Assembly: GCA_009785115.1 (NCBI GenBank)
Contig: WQWY01000002.1
Location: forward strand, 21,987-85,986
Reading direction: 5' to 3'
DNA length: 64,000 bases
Source of the DNA: Micrococcales bacterium
GTDB lineage: Bacteria > Actinomycetota > Actinomycetes > Actinomycetales > Cellulomonadaceae
The translations under genes were made by a program, and so were the position numbers. The notes below the pieces were generated by a model, which was not told the origin of the DNA, did no database searches, and saw nothing but the letters and a program-made list of their open reading frames with translations. Positions within the stretch are counted from its first letter, which is position 1. Each line of letters begins with the position of its first letter. Positions 19,830 to 27,665 of this stretch are shown one piece after another.

Positions 19830-20236
19830 CGGGCTACCTGCTGGACACCTGCACCTTGGTCGACCTGCTGCGAGCGAAGGACAGGCTCGCGGCCGAGCGG
19901 TTCGCCGCTGCTCAGGGTCAGGTCTTCGCCTCGACCGTGAGCGTGATGGAGCTGGTGTGCGGGGCTGAACGCTCCGCCGACCCTGTGGGCAACCGCGCCC
20001 AGATCGAGGCTCTGCTCACCCTCGTCCGCACCGTGGACTTCGACATGGCCGCCGCCGAGCAGGCTGCTGTCGTCCGCGCCTCCCTGCTGTCCGCAGGAAC
20101 CCCGATCGGTCCCTACGACGTCCAGATCGCCGGGCACGCCCTGGCCCTCGGGATGACGGTGATCACCGCCAACACCGACGAGTTCTCCAGGGTCCCAGGC
20201 CTGACGGTCGAGAGCTGGCGCGCACACCAGAGGTGA
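19826..20236 (+). CDS. vapC: VapC PIN-domain toxin
   Basis: VTGYLLDTCTLVDLLR...SVMELVCGAE...GPYDVQIAGHALALGMTVITANTDEF shows the PIN motifs. GTG19826 overlaps the vapB stop. Confidence 0.85.
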   Translation: MTGYLLDTCTLVDLLRAKDRLAAERFAAAQGQVFASTVSVMELVCGAERSADPVGNRAQIEALLTLVRTVDFDMAAAEQAAVVRASLLSAGTPIGPYDVQIAGHALALGMTVITANTDEFSRVPGLTVESWRAHQR

Positions 20237-20245
20237 GTGAAGGCG

Positions 20246-20279
20246 ACCGTCGCCTGGCCGCGACCGAGCAGGCGACGGT
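20246..20279. terminator. Stem-loop between convergent vapC and the helicase-like gene
   Basis: ACCGTCGCC (20246-20254) / GGCGACGGT (20271-20279), a 9-bp stem with a 16-nt loop. Confidence 0.35.
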
Positions 20280-20290
20280 TCTGGGCGGTC

Positions 20291-23200
20291 TCAGCCGAGG
20301 GCGCGGATCACGGCGGCGCGGATGACGGTGTTGGTCCGCTTGCTGCGGCGGGTGATGCCCAGCTCGGTGCGCAGCTCGGCGGACAGCATCGCGTGGGTGC
20401 GTTCTTGGCCGTCGGAGAGCAGCCACGCGGCCAGGGCGTCGAGCTGGTCGTCGCTGTAGGCGCCGATGGCCAGGCCGTGAGGCACGTCGGGGCGGGCGGC
20501 TGCGGGCAGGACCAGCGACGGTTGAGCGGGCTCGAGCGGGACGTCCTGGCTCTCGGTGGAGGCCTCGGGCGCTGTCTGGCTCGGCTCGGCCTTCGGCTCA
20601 GGCTGGTCGGACGTGTCCGTGGCTCGCGTCGGCTCGGCCTCGTGGGTCGGGCTGGCCGTCGGGGCCGAGCCGACTGGTTCTTCGAGGCTCGAGCCCGCGA
20701 GCAGGTCGACCGGTGCGAAGGCATCCGGGTCGTGTGCTGGCTGGACGGTCGACGAGGCGGCGTCCTGGGGCGGTGCGGCGTGGGCAGATGCGCCCTCAGC
20801 CTCGGTCCTTCCCAGCGACGGGTGCGACCTCACCAGGTCGGCGTACAACGGGGAGGTGAGAGGCGGCAGCGGCTCGTCCTTCGCCTTCACCTCGGGCTCG
20901 ACCTCGACCGGTTCCAGCGACGGGTACGCCTTCACCAGCTCGGCATACACCGGGGACGTGGCTGGAGCCGTGGAAGAGAGCGCGCTCGTCGCCACGAGTG
21001 TCTCGGGGCCCAGCATCGAGGCGTACACCGGGAGGTCGACCGTGAACGGTCGGCCAGACAGCGGGGCGACGTCGGGGATGTCCAGCTGCCTGGTCGGTGT
21101 GAACGCCTCCATCATCGAGCTGGCGGCGTGAGCGGGCAGCTGTCGGGTCGGGGGCATGCCCATCTCCGCGGGCAGCAGGGCGTGCAGAGCCCGGCGCACC
21201 CGGTCCACCTCGGCCTGAGGGTCGAGGAAGGCCGCCGCCGACCAGATCCGTACCACGGTCCAGCCCAGCGCCCTCAGACGGTCGGCCACCAGGCGGTCAC
21301 GGGTGCGCACGGAGGGCTCGGCGACGTACGCCTCGTCGTCGGTGAGCACCGCCACCAAGAAGCGGCCCGGCAGGGCCGGGTGCCCCACCACCAGCGGGAT
21401 GTGCACCCCGCCGGGCAGGCCGTGGTCGAGCTCGACGTCCAGGCCGTGGCGCCACAGCCGTTCGGCGATGTCCAGCAGCAGAGGGTCAGCACCGGCCGTC
21501 GGTGCGCCGTCGTTGTTGCCGACCGTGTCGGTGTTCACCTCGGTCTCGCCCTCGCCCCGGCGGCGGGCGAAGTCCAGCAGGTCGGCCAGCAGCCTCGGGC
21601 CCCCGCTGCGCACCCGCTGGTGGTCCAGGTCGTCGGCGCTGAAGCAGGAGACCACGTCCAGCCGGTGCCGGGCCGAGCCCAGCGCGTCCAGCAGCAGGGC
21701 GTCCCCACCGGGCTCGGAGATCGGGCCGAAGGTGTGCAGCACACGCCGGTGCGGGGTGCGGCCCAGGCCCAGCGACAGCACCACGGCGTCACGGGTCAGG
21801 CCGGCCACCGAGGGAAGATCCACCACGACGAAGGGCTCGGCGCGTCCCGCGTCGAAGAACGCCGCCAGCCTCGGGTTCTCCCGCACCTGGGCGAGCACCG
21901 CGTCCCGCACCGCGTCGGCGTGCCGGAAGGTCGCGGTGACCACCGCCAACGACTCGTCAGGGCGGGTCAGGGTGTGGGTGAGCACCATCTCGACCACCGC
22001 GTCGACCTCCGCGCGGGTCGAGTCCACGATGCCCGCCGCCCCGTCCGGCATCCCCCGGCCGTCCACCAGGCGCAGCGTGACCAGGGGGGTCGCGTCGGGC
22101 AGCGGCACCGGGGTGAGCACCCCCGCATAGCCGTGCGCCGCGAGGAACGCGGTCAGGTGCGGGTCACGCCGGGCCCCGTCGGCCCGCAGCGGCACGACAG
22201 GCAGCACCTGCGCCAGCTCGCGGACGGCGCTGCGCGACGCGCACCGGGCGTCCCCGACCACCACCACCTGCCGGCCACGGGCCAGCGCCGGCACCGCGAC
22301 CTCCGTCGGCAGGTGCCCGGCGGCGTCGACCACCACCAGGTCTGCCTGCCGGGCTGGCGGTGCCACGGCGGGCACCAGCATGGGGCTGGCGGCGAGCACC
22401 GGGCGCAGGTACCGGGCGACGTCCGGGTACTTGTCGCTGGCCTCGCGCAGAGAGCCCATCGACTCCTCGACCATCTCCACGAACAGCGACTCGCCCTGCT
22501 CGCGGTGGCGACGCAGACGGGTCTGCAGCCCGGTCACCACGTCGCGCAGCAGCGGGGCGGAACGGGTCGCGACCAGCTCCCGGTCCAGGGCCGCGTACTG
22601 CTCCGACAGCGCCTCGAGAGTCGCGCCGTCGTACCCGGCGAGCGCCGGGTCGAGGTTGAGCACCTGCTCGAACACCGTGCTCCACCAGGCCAGGTCGAGC
22701 TCGGGCGCCGCCAGCCCAGGGGTCACGGCGCGCTGACGCAGGTCCTCGATCAGCGGGCCCAGCCCCGCCGCCTCGGCCTTCGCCAGCAACGTGGTCCGCT
22801 CGGGCAGGCCCTTCAGCGACCTGGCGTCGAAACGCAGCAGGCTCAACCGGTCGGTCAGCTCGTTCAGCGGCAGGTCTGACAGCCGCCGCCCGTGGCTGGG
22901 CAGCACGGCCTCGAGCGCCTCCACGTCGCGGCGCACCGTGGCGAACTCGTCCTCGATCAGCTCGAAGCTCTCCGGCAGGCGCGGCCAGCCACCGGCGGGA
23001 CAGTGCGTGCGCCACGCCTCGCGGCGGGTCTCCACCTCGCGCAGGGCCACGTGCAGGTCAGTGACCGGGCGGCCCGGGCGCACCATGTCCTTGGCCTGCT
23101 TGCGCAGCCGACGCCGCGCCCAACGGGTCATCTCCACATGGTGAGCGGCCCGCCACGCCTTCGGTGCCGTGGCGGCGACCATGTCGGCGGGGCTGCGCTC

Positions 23201-25021
23201 GAACACCTCGGGCAAGAACACGTCGAGAGACGCGCACACGTCAGACAGCACCCGCAGCTGCTCGGCCCAGGCCGTCAGCGACTCGGCCGGGGTCAGCCCC
23301 GTCTCGGCGGCGACCTGGTCGCGGCGCTCGGTCAGCGCGGGCAGGTGGGTGTCCAGCAGGCGTTCCACCCGCCGCAGAGCGACCTCGGCATCGGTGTCCG
23401 TGTGCAGGTCGGCGCCGTACCAGGCGGTGTCGCTCGGACGCACCGTGAACGCGCCCAGCTCGCCCGCGCGGCGCAGGTCAGCCCCCAGCTCGGCACGCCG
23501 GTCGGTGTCGATGACGCGCGCGGCCTCGGTGCTGAGCCGTGCCTTGGTGCGAGGCACCGGGCGTGACGCGGTCAGCGCCGCCAGGTGCTGCAACGCGTCG
23601 AACGCCGACACCCCCCACGGCTCGCGGGGCGTGTGCAGAGCGGTGATGTACGCGGCGAGCTGGTCACGCAGGGCCGTGGTCTGCTGCTGCAGGCCGGTCA
23701 GCGCGTCGGCGTCGATCTCGGGCTCGGCCAGCGTCATCGCACCCAGCAGACGCCTGGTCATGGTGACCCGCCAGCTCGGGCCGCCCGGCACGTCCAGCAG
23801 CAGGTCGTCCAGGCCGAGCCGGGCCAGCGCGCCGTGCAGCGCCAAGGTGCCGCGCCGGCTGCCCGGCACGTACAGCACCGTCTTGCCGGCGGCGGCGGCC
23901 TCGGCGACGATCCCGGCGACAGTCCCGGCCACGTCGGCCCCGGTCGGGGCGTCCACGAAGACGTGCGCACCCGAGGCGACCACGTCCAGCACGTGTCGCT
24001 GCGCGTCGTCCAGATCACCGACGCCGCGCTCGGTCGTCAGGTCCCGGTCGCCGTGGGGTGGGGCGGGCAGGTCAGCAGCGAGCTCGGCGATGGCGTCCTC
24101 GTCGCCGGCCAGGGCCGCGACCACCTCGTGACGGTCCAGCCCGGCCAGCCCGTCCAGGTCGTCCACGAGCACCTGACCGGGGTGCACGAACGTCCCGACC
24201 ACCCGCCGGTCCACCAGCTCGAAGTCAGGGAGCACCGCCTCGCCCAGGGCGGTCAGGCGCGCGAGCGCCGCGCGCGGGTCGAACCCGCCGTCAGCGAACG
24301 TCGCCGCTGCCAGCGACGTCGGGTCGAGCAGAGCGCCCCGCGCCCGCAGGGTGCGGGCCAGCACCGGGTTCACCTCGACGGTGGGTTCCAGGGTGAGCTC
24401 GTAGTCGCTCTGCGCCGACCCGCGGGCCTGGACGGTGACCGGGCGCAGCAGCACCGGCACCCGGACCGTCTGCGGAGGGTCGGCAGGCTCGGCCGTGGCG
24501 TCGCAGGAGGGGACCGTCGGGGTGGAGGACGTCGCCGCGGCCAGGGCCCCGACGTCGTCGGTCTGCGTGGTCTCAGCATTGACCGTCCAGGTCGCCACGC
24601 CGATGGCCAGCGAGGTCGGTGCCAGGCCGTAGCGCTGCGTGGTGACGTCGGCCCGTGCCGCCACGGCGCGGGCACGACGACGGGCCGTCGCGAGGGTCAC
24701 ACCGTCGCGCACCAGGTTCGACAGCCTGGTGGGTCGCCCGGCGAACAGCTGGGCCATGCCCGAGGGGTGCGCGGACGTCAGGTCGAGCGCGGCGTCGGCG
24801 AGCAGGTCGATGTCGCTGCGGGCTGAGCCGCCGGCCTCGTCGACCAGGGCTTCGCGCCATGCGGCCACGGCCTTGTCGACCAGCTCGCTGCGCGACAGGG
24901 TGGAGACCAGCGCGACGGGGCGGGTCTCGTCGGTCTCGGGCTGGTCGTGGTCCGACGCCGGGGTGTGCGCAGGCGCGCTCGCACCCGGCACGTTCACACC
25001 AGAGACATTCACACGCAGCAC
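20291..25021 (-). CDS. Giant DUF4011 / Upf1-like SF1 helicase-fold / DUF559-type REase-fold / DUF3320 protein with degenerate catalytic motifs
   Basis: 1576-aa uninterrupted ORF with high GC3. The domain order is recognised from conserved blocks (e.g. ...AAAAGKTVLYVPG..., ...QVVVVGDAR..., ...LGWTVVRIWSAAAFLDP..., ...LRTELGITRRSKRTNTVIRAAVIRALG). The GTG start at 25021 is uncertain. Confidence 0.8.
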   Translation of the reverse strand: MLRVNVSGVNVPGASAPAHTPASDHDQPETDETRPVALVSTLSRSELVDKAVAAWREALVDEAGGSARSDIDLLADAALDLTSAHPSGMAQLFAGRPTRLSNLVRDGVTLATARRRARAVAARADVTTQRYGLAPTSLAIGVATWTVNAETTQTDDVGALAAATSSTPTVPSCDATAEPADPPQTVRVPVLLRPVTVQARGSAQSDYELTLEPTVEVNPVLARTLRARGALLDPTSLAAATFADGGFDPRAALARLTALGEAVLPDFELVDRRVVGTFVHPGQVLVDDLDGLAGLDRHEVVAALAGDEDAIAELAADLPAPPHGDRDLTTERGVGDLDDAQRHVLDVVASGAHVFVDAPTGADVAGTVAGIVAEAAAAGKTVLYVPGSRRGTLALHGALARLGLDDLLLDVPGGPSWRVTMTRRLLGAMTLAEPEIDADALTGLQQQTTALRDQLAAYITALHTPREPWGVSAFDALQHLAALTASRPVPRTKARLSTEAARVIDTDRRAELGADLRRAGELGAFTVRPSDTAWYGADLHTDTDAEVALRRVERLLDTHLPALTERRDQVAAETGLTPAESLTAWAEQLRVLSDVCASLDVFLPEVFERSPADMVAATAPKAWRAAHHVEMTRWARRRLRKQAKDMVRPGRPVTDLHVALREVETRREAWRTHCPAGGWPRLPESFELIEDEFATVRRDVEALEAVLPSHGRRLSDLPLNELTDRLSLLRFDARSLKGLPERTTLLAKAEAAGLGPLIEDLRQRAVTPGLAAPELDLAWWSTVFEQVLNLDPALAGYDGATLEALSEQYAALDRELVATRSAPLLRDVVTGLQTRLRRHREQGESLFVEMVEESMGSLREASDKYPDVARYLRPVLAASPMLVPAVAPPARQADLVVVDAAGHLPTEVAVPALARGRQVVVVGDARCASRSAVRELAQVLPVVPLRADGARRDPHLTAFLAAHGYAGVLTPVPLPDATPLVTLRLVDGRGMPDGAAGIVDSTRAEVDAVVEMVLTHTLTRPDESLAVVTATFRHADAVRDAVLAQVRENPRLAAFFDAGRAEPFVVVDLPSVAGLTRDAVVLSLGLGRTPHRRVLHTFGPISEPGGDALLLDALGSARHRLDVVSCFSADDLDHQRVRSGGPRLLADLLDFARRRGEGETEVNTDTVGNNDGAPTAGADPLLLDIAERLWRHGLDVELDHGLPGGVHIPLVVGHPALPGRFLVAVLTDDEAYVAEPSVRTRDRLVADRLRALGWTVVRIWSAAAFLDPQAEVDRVRRALHALLPAEMGMPPTRQLPAHAASSMMEAFTPTRQLDIPDVAPLSGRPFTVDLPVYASMLGPETLVATSALSSTAPATSPVYAELVKAYPSLEPVEVEPEVKAKDEPLPPLTSPLYADLVRSHPSLGRTEAEGASAHAAPPQDAASSTVQPAHDPDAFAPVDLLAGSSLEEPVGSAPTASPTHEAEPTRATDTSDQPEPKAEPSQTAPEASTESQDVPLEPAQPSLVLPAAARPDVPHGLAIGAYSDDQLDALAAWLLSDGQERTHAMLSAELRTELGITRRSKRTNTVIRAAVIRALG
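20812..20956 (-). repeat. Internal 43-bp imperfect duplication, 102 bp apart, encoding SP[VL]YA[ED]LV[KR]x[YH]PSL
   Basis: ccagcgacgggtgcgacctcaccaggtcggcgtacaacgggga (20812-20854) versus ccagcgacgggtacgccttcaccagctcggcatacaccgggga (20914-20956). Confidence 0.65.
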
Positions 25022-25415
25022 GCTAGACCCGAGCGATTCCTTCGCCCGGGTGGCACGCCGCGCAGAGGCCCAGTCCGCCCGTCAGGCCTGAGCCCCGGAC
25101 GGGGCGACGGAGCGCGCCACACGGGGGGGATAGGCGGCGCGCCCCGTCGGACGGTGCCTCGACCCGCCGGGGTGTGTGGCCAGCAGGGAAGCTCCGTCAC
25201 GAACCAGTGTCGTAGACGCGAGCCCCGCGACACAAGTCCCTGCTCGGTGCTGCTCCCCAGGGTGGGGTGCTGAGAAGGGCGCTGAGGAGACGAAGGTCTC
25301 AGACGGTGCGTCCGCCGTCAGAGAGCACCAGGAGGATCAGCCGGGTGCCCGTCGTTCCTGGGACGAGAACGGTCGTGCTGGGGGTGCGTGACCTCTGCCG
25401 ATGCCTGTCAGGTGG

Positions 25416-25982
25416 TCACACGGCGGTGGGCTGGGGCTGCCGTGGGAGCGGGCAGGCGACCTCGCCGGAGAGGCGGCGGACCAGGGCGTAGGCGAGCAGG
25501 GCGATCCCGGCGCCGGCGAGCCAGGGCTGGACGGGTGCGAACCACTGGATCGCGCCGGCGTAGCCGAGGGCGACGAGGGCGAGCTTGTTGCACACCGGGC
25601 AGCCGACAGCCAGGTAGGTGAGGAAGGCCCCGACCATGCCGGCCCGGCCCGAGCGGGGGTTGTCGGGTGCGGTCGCGGAACGCGGGGCGGAGACGTAGGT
25701 GGCGAACACCAGCCCGGAGAGCAGCGCGGTCACCACGAGCGTCGGCCACGCCCAGGCCGTCACGCCGATGTCCCGCCCGAACACCGGGTTCGGGATCATG
25801 GCGGTCGGCACGGCCACCACCAGGAGAGTCCCGACCGCGGCCAGGGCCGACACGACGTGCCGACGCGTCGGCCAGGCCCGCCACGCCTGCCCGGCCTGCC
25901 TCAGGTGCTCCCGTGCGATCACCTGACGAAGATACCCGACCGGGTATCGGTCAGGGGTGCGGTCGTCGGGAGGTGTTCGCAC
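25416..25982 (-). CDS. Integral membrane protein with intramembrane CPVC motif
   Basis: 188 aa with 4 hydrophobic segments and a GCPVCNKLALVALG motif in the third. Family not recognised. Confidence 0.6.
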   Translation of the reverse strand: MRTPPDDRTPDRYPVGYLRQVIAREHLRQAGQAWRAWPTRRHVVSALAAVGTLLVVAVPTAMIPNPVFGRDIGVTAWAWPTLVVTALLSGLVFATYVSAPRSATAPDNPRSGRAGMVGAFLTYLAVGCPVCNKLALVALGYAGAIQWFAPVQPWLAGAGIALLAYALVRRLSGEVACPLPRQPQPTAV

Positions 25983-26003
25983 GGGGAGGTGCTGGGGCGC
26001 GAG

Positions 26004-26294
26004 CTACCAGTGCGGGGGGCGCTCTCGGAGCAGGTGCTCGTCCGACCGGTCGGGCGGCTCGCCCCAGCCGTGGTCGGTGTCGTCGGCCGCGCGCGACGCC
26101 GTCGCCGGGTGGTCGCCCCCGGTGGTCAGGGCCGTCCCGTCTCGCGTCGGTGCCGTGCCGGATGTCGCTCGTGCCGGGTCTGGTGCGGCTTCCCGCTGCA
26201 CCGTCTCTTGCTGCACCGCCGGCAGGACGTGGCGCAGCGGGGCGTCCCCGCCGACCGTCCCTGCTCGCCGCACAGCCCGCCGACGGTTCGTCAC
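26004..26294 (-). CDS. Possible small acidic, disordered protein
   Basis: 96 aa. By my hand count most third positions are G/C (coding-like), but composition is low-complexity and there is no motif. Confidence 0.35.
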   Translation of the reverse strand: MTNRRRAVRRAGTVGGDAPLRHVLPAVQQETVQREAAPDPARATSGTAPTRDGTALTTGGDHPATASRAADDTDHGWGEPPDRSDEHLLRERPPHW

Positions 26295-26375
26295 GAGAGG
26301 TTGCCGACCAGCGCGGCGGGGGTGGTCGTTCCTTCTCCGTGGGTGGGGGACGGTGACGAGACCATGGCAACGAGA

Positions 26376-27032
26376 CTAGGGCACGACGAAGGCGCTCAGG
26401 GTGGCGTCGACGGCGCCGGACAGGGCGTAGACCTCCTCGGGGTCGACGGCGAGCACTACGGCGGTGGGGCTCTCGCCGCACGCCCCGAGCAGCCCAGGGG
26501 CGGCGCCGCGCTCCGGGGAGGGCAGCACCAGGGCGCGTCGTGCCACGACGGTGCCCGCACCGCCGACCGCCGGTGCGGCCAGGACGTCGACATGGTCGCC
26601 GGGGGACAGGAGCGCGACCATCTGGGGGTCGGCCAGCCGCACCGTGGCCACGACGGTGCCTGGCGGCCCGTACGGCGTGGTGACGAGCAGGCTCGTGCTC
26701 AGCGGGGTGCCCGCGGGCAGGTCCACGACCACCGCACGGCCCGCCACGTCGGTGAGCAAGACCGCCGAGCCCTCAGGTGCCGCGGCTCGAGGCACCGAGA
26801 CGTTGCGCAGGTCGGTGAGGGTCAGCGTCTGCCCGGCGACGAGATCTCGGGCGGCCACGACCACCTGGACGCTGCCCGCCGGGAGAGGACGTAGCGCGCT
26901 GGCCGCGGTGAGCGCGGCGAGGGTGAGCAGGACCGCGGCGACGGGGAGGCGGTATCGCCAGACCAGGGCTCGGGCCTGGACGCGCCACCCGGTACGCGGC
27001 GGGGGCAACGGTGGGGGGTGAAGGGTCGACAC
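26376..27032 (-). CDS. SAF-domain / CpaB-like membrane-anchored protein
   Basis: N-terminal anchor (LPVAAVLLTLAALTAASAL) followed by VVVAARDLVAGQTLTLTDL, a SAF-type pattern. Confidence 0.65.
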   Translation of the reverse strand: MSTLHPPPLPPPRTGWRVQARALVWRYRLPVAAVLLTLAALTAASALRPLPAGSVQVVVAARDLVAGQTLTLTDLRNVSVPRAAAPEGSAVLLTDVAGRAVVVDLPAGTPLSTSLLVTTPYGPPGTVVATVRLADPQMVALLSPGDHVDVLAAPAVGGAGTVVARRALVLPSPERGAAPGLLGACGESPTAVVLAVDPEEVYALSGAVDATLSAFVVP

Positions 27033-27133
27033 CTCGGCGAGGCTAGGTGCCCCCGGCGCCCGGGCGGATCAGGCCACGAGCGTCGCGCGAGCGTCGACAG
27101 GCCACCAGGGGCTGGGGACGGGTGGTGACGACC

Positions 27134-27457
27134 TCAGCCCGTGGTCGTCGTGGCAGGCGTCGAGGAGGACGAGGAGGACGAGGAGGACGACGACGAGCCT
27201 GACGAGGACGAGGTGCTCGACGAGGAGGAGGTGCCCGACGAGGACGACCCGCTCGCGGGCATCGACGAGCCACCACCAGAGCCCCGGGCGTCCGTGCGGT
27301 AGAAGCCCGACCCACGGAACACCACACCCACCGGGGAGAACACCTTGCGCAGCAGGCCCTCGCACGACGGGCACACCGTCAACGGGTCGTCGTGAAAGGC
27401 CTGCTGGATGTCGAAGGCGTGCTGGCACGCGGTGCAGCGGTACGAGTAGGTCGGCAC
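27134..27457 (-). CDS. FmdB-family CxxC-CxxC zinc-ribbon protein with poly-Ser tail (Rv0991c/Ruc-like architecture)
   Basis: VPTYSYRCTACQHAFDIQQAFHDDPLTVCPSCEG..LRKVF, then about 45 aa of mostly Ser. GTG27457 sits 7 nt after AGGAGA. The rest of the track ORF (to 27862) is upstream read-through. Confidence 0.85.
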   Translation of the reverse strand: MPTYSYRCTACQHAFDIQQAFHDDPLTVCPSCEGLLRKVFSPVGVVFRGSGFYRTDARGSGGGSSMPASGSSSSGTSSSSSTSSSSGSSSSSSSSSSSSTPATTTTG

Positions 27458-27665
27458 GTCAGCGTCTCCTGTGGTCGCGCCAGCGGGCGTCCCGCACCCT
27501 GGCGCTCGGCGGTTCCGGGTGCAGACGATACATCCCGCCCTCGTCGCCGTGCGCCCCCTCGGGGGCGACCAGACCCGATCGGGTGCGACATCGACGCCGC
27601 ACCGCGCCCCGTCTCGAGGATGCTCGGCCTGCCAGCGGCCACCCGCACCGTCATAGACTGCTTCG

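Larger units (their letters stand above)
14495..20290. other. Accessory island: three type II TA modules around a KAP NTPase gene and a membrane-protein gene
   Basis: Lies between core mshD and the giant helicase-like gene. All eight ORFs are of defence/TA type, and there are several local GC drops (15747-15790, 17500-18460, 19510-19590). Confidence 0.5.

Noticed and set aside
20237-22879. 880-aa plus-strand ORF, plus many 100-400-aa ORFs between 20.3 and 25.0 kb on both strands
   Set aside because: All lie inside or antisense to the 1576-aa gene. They are Arg/Gly/Pro-rich with no motifs. Only the 20291-25021 minus frame shows domain-like blocks.
25022-25415. Small ORFs or structured RNA in the 394-bp region upstream of the giant gene
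   Set aside because: The only ORFs (for example 25176-25391) are low-complexity with poor codon bias, and only short 4-5-bp palindromes are present. I treat it as a promoter/5' UTR region.
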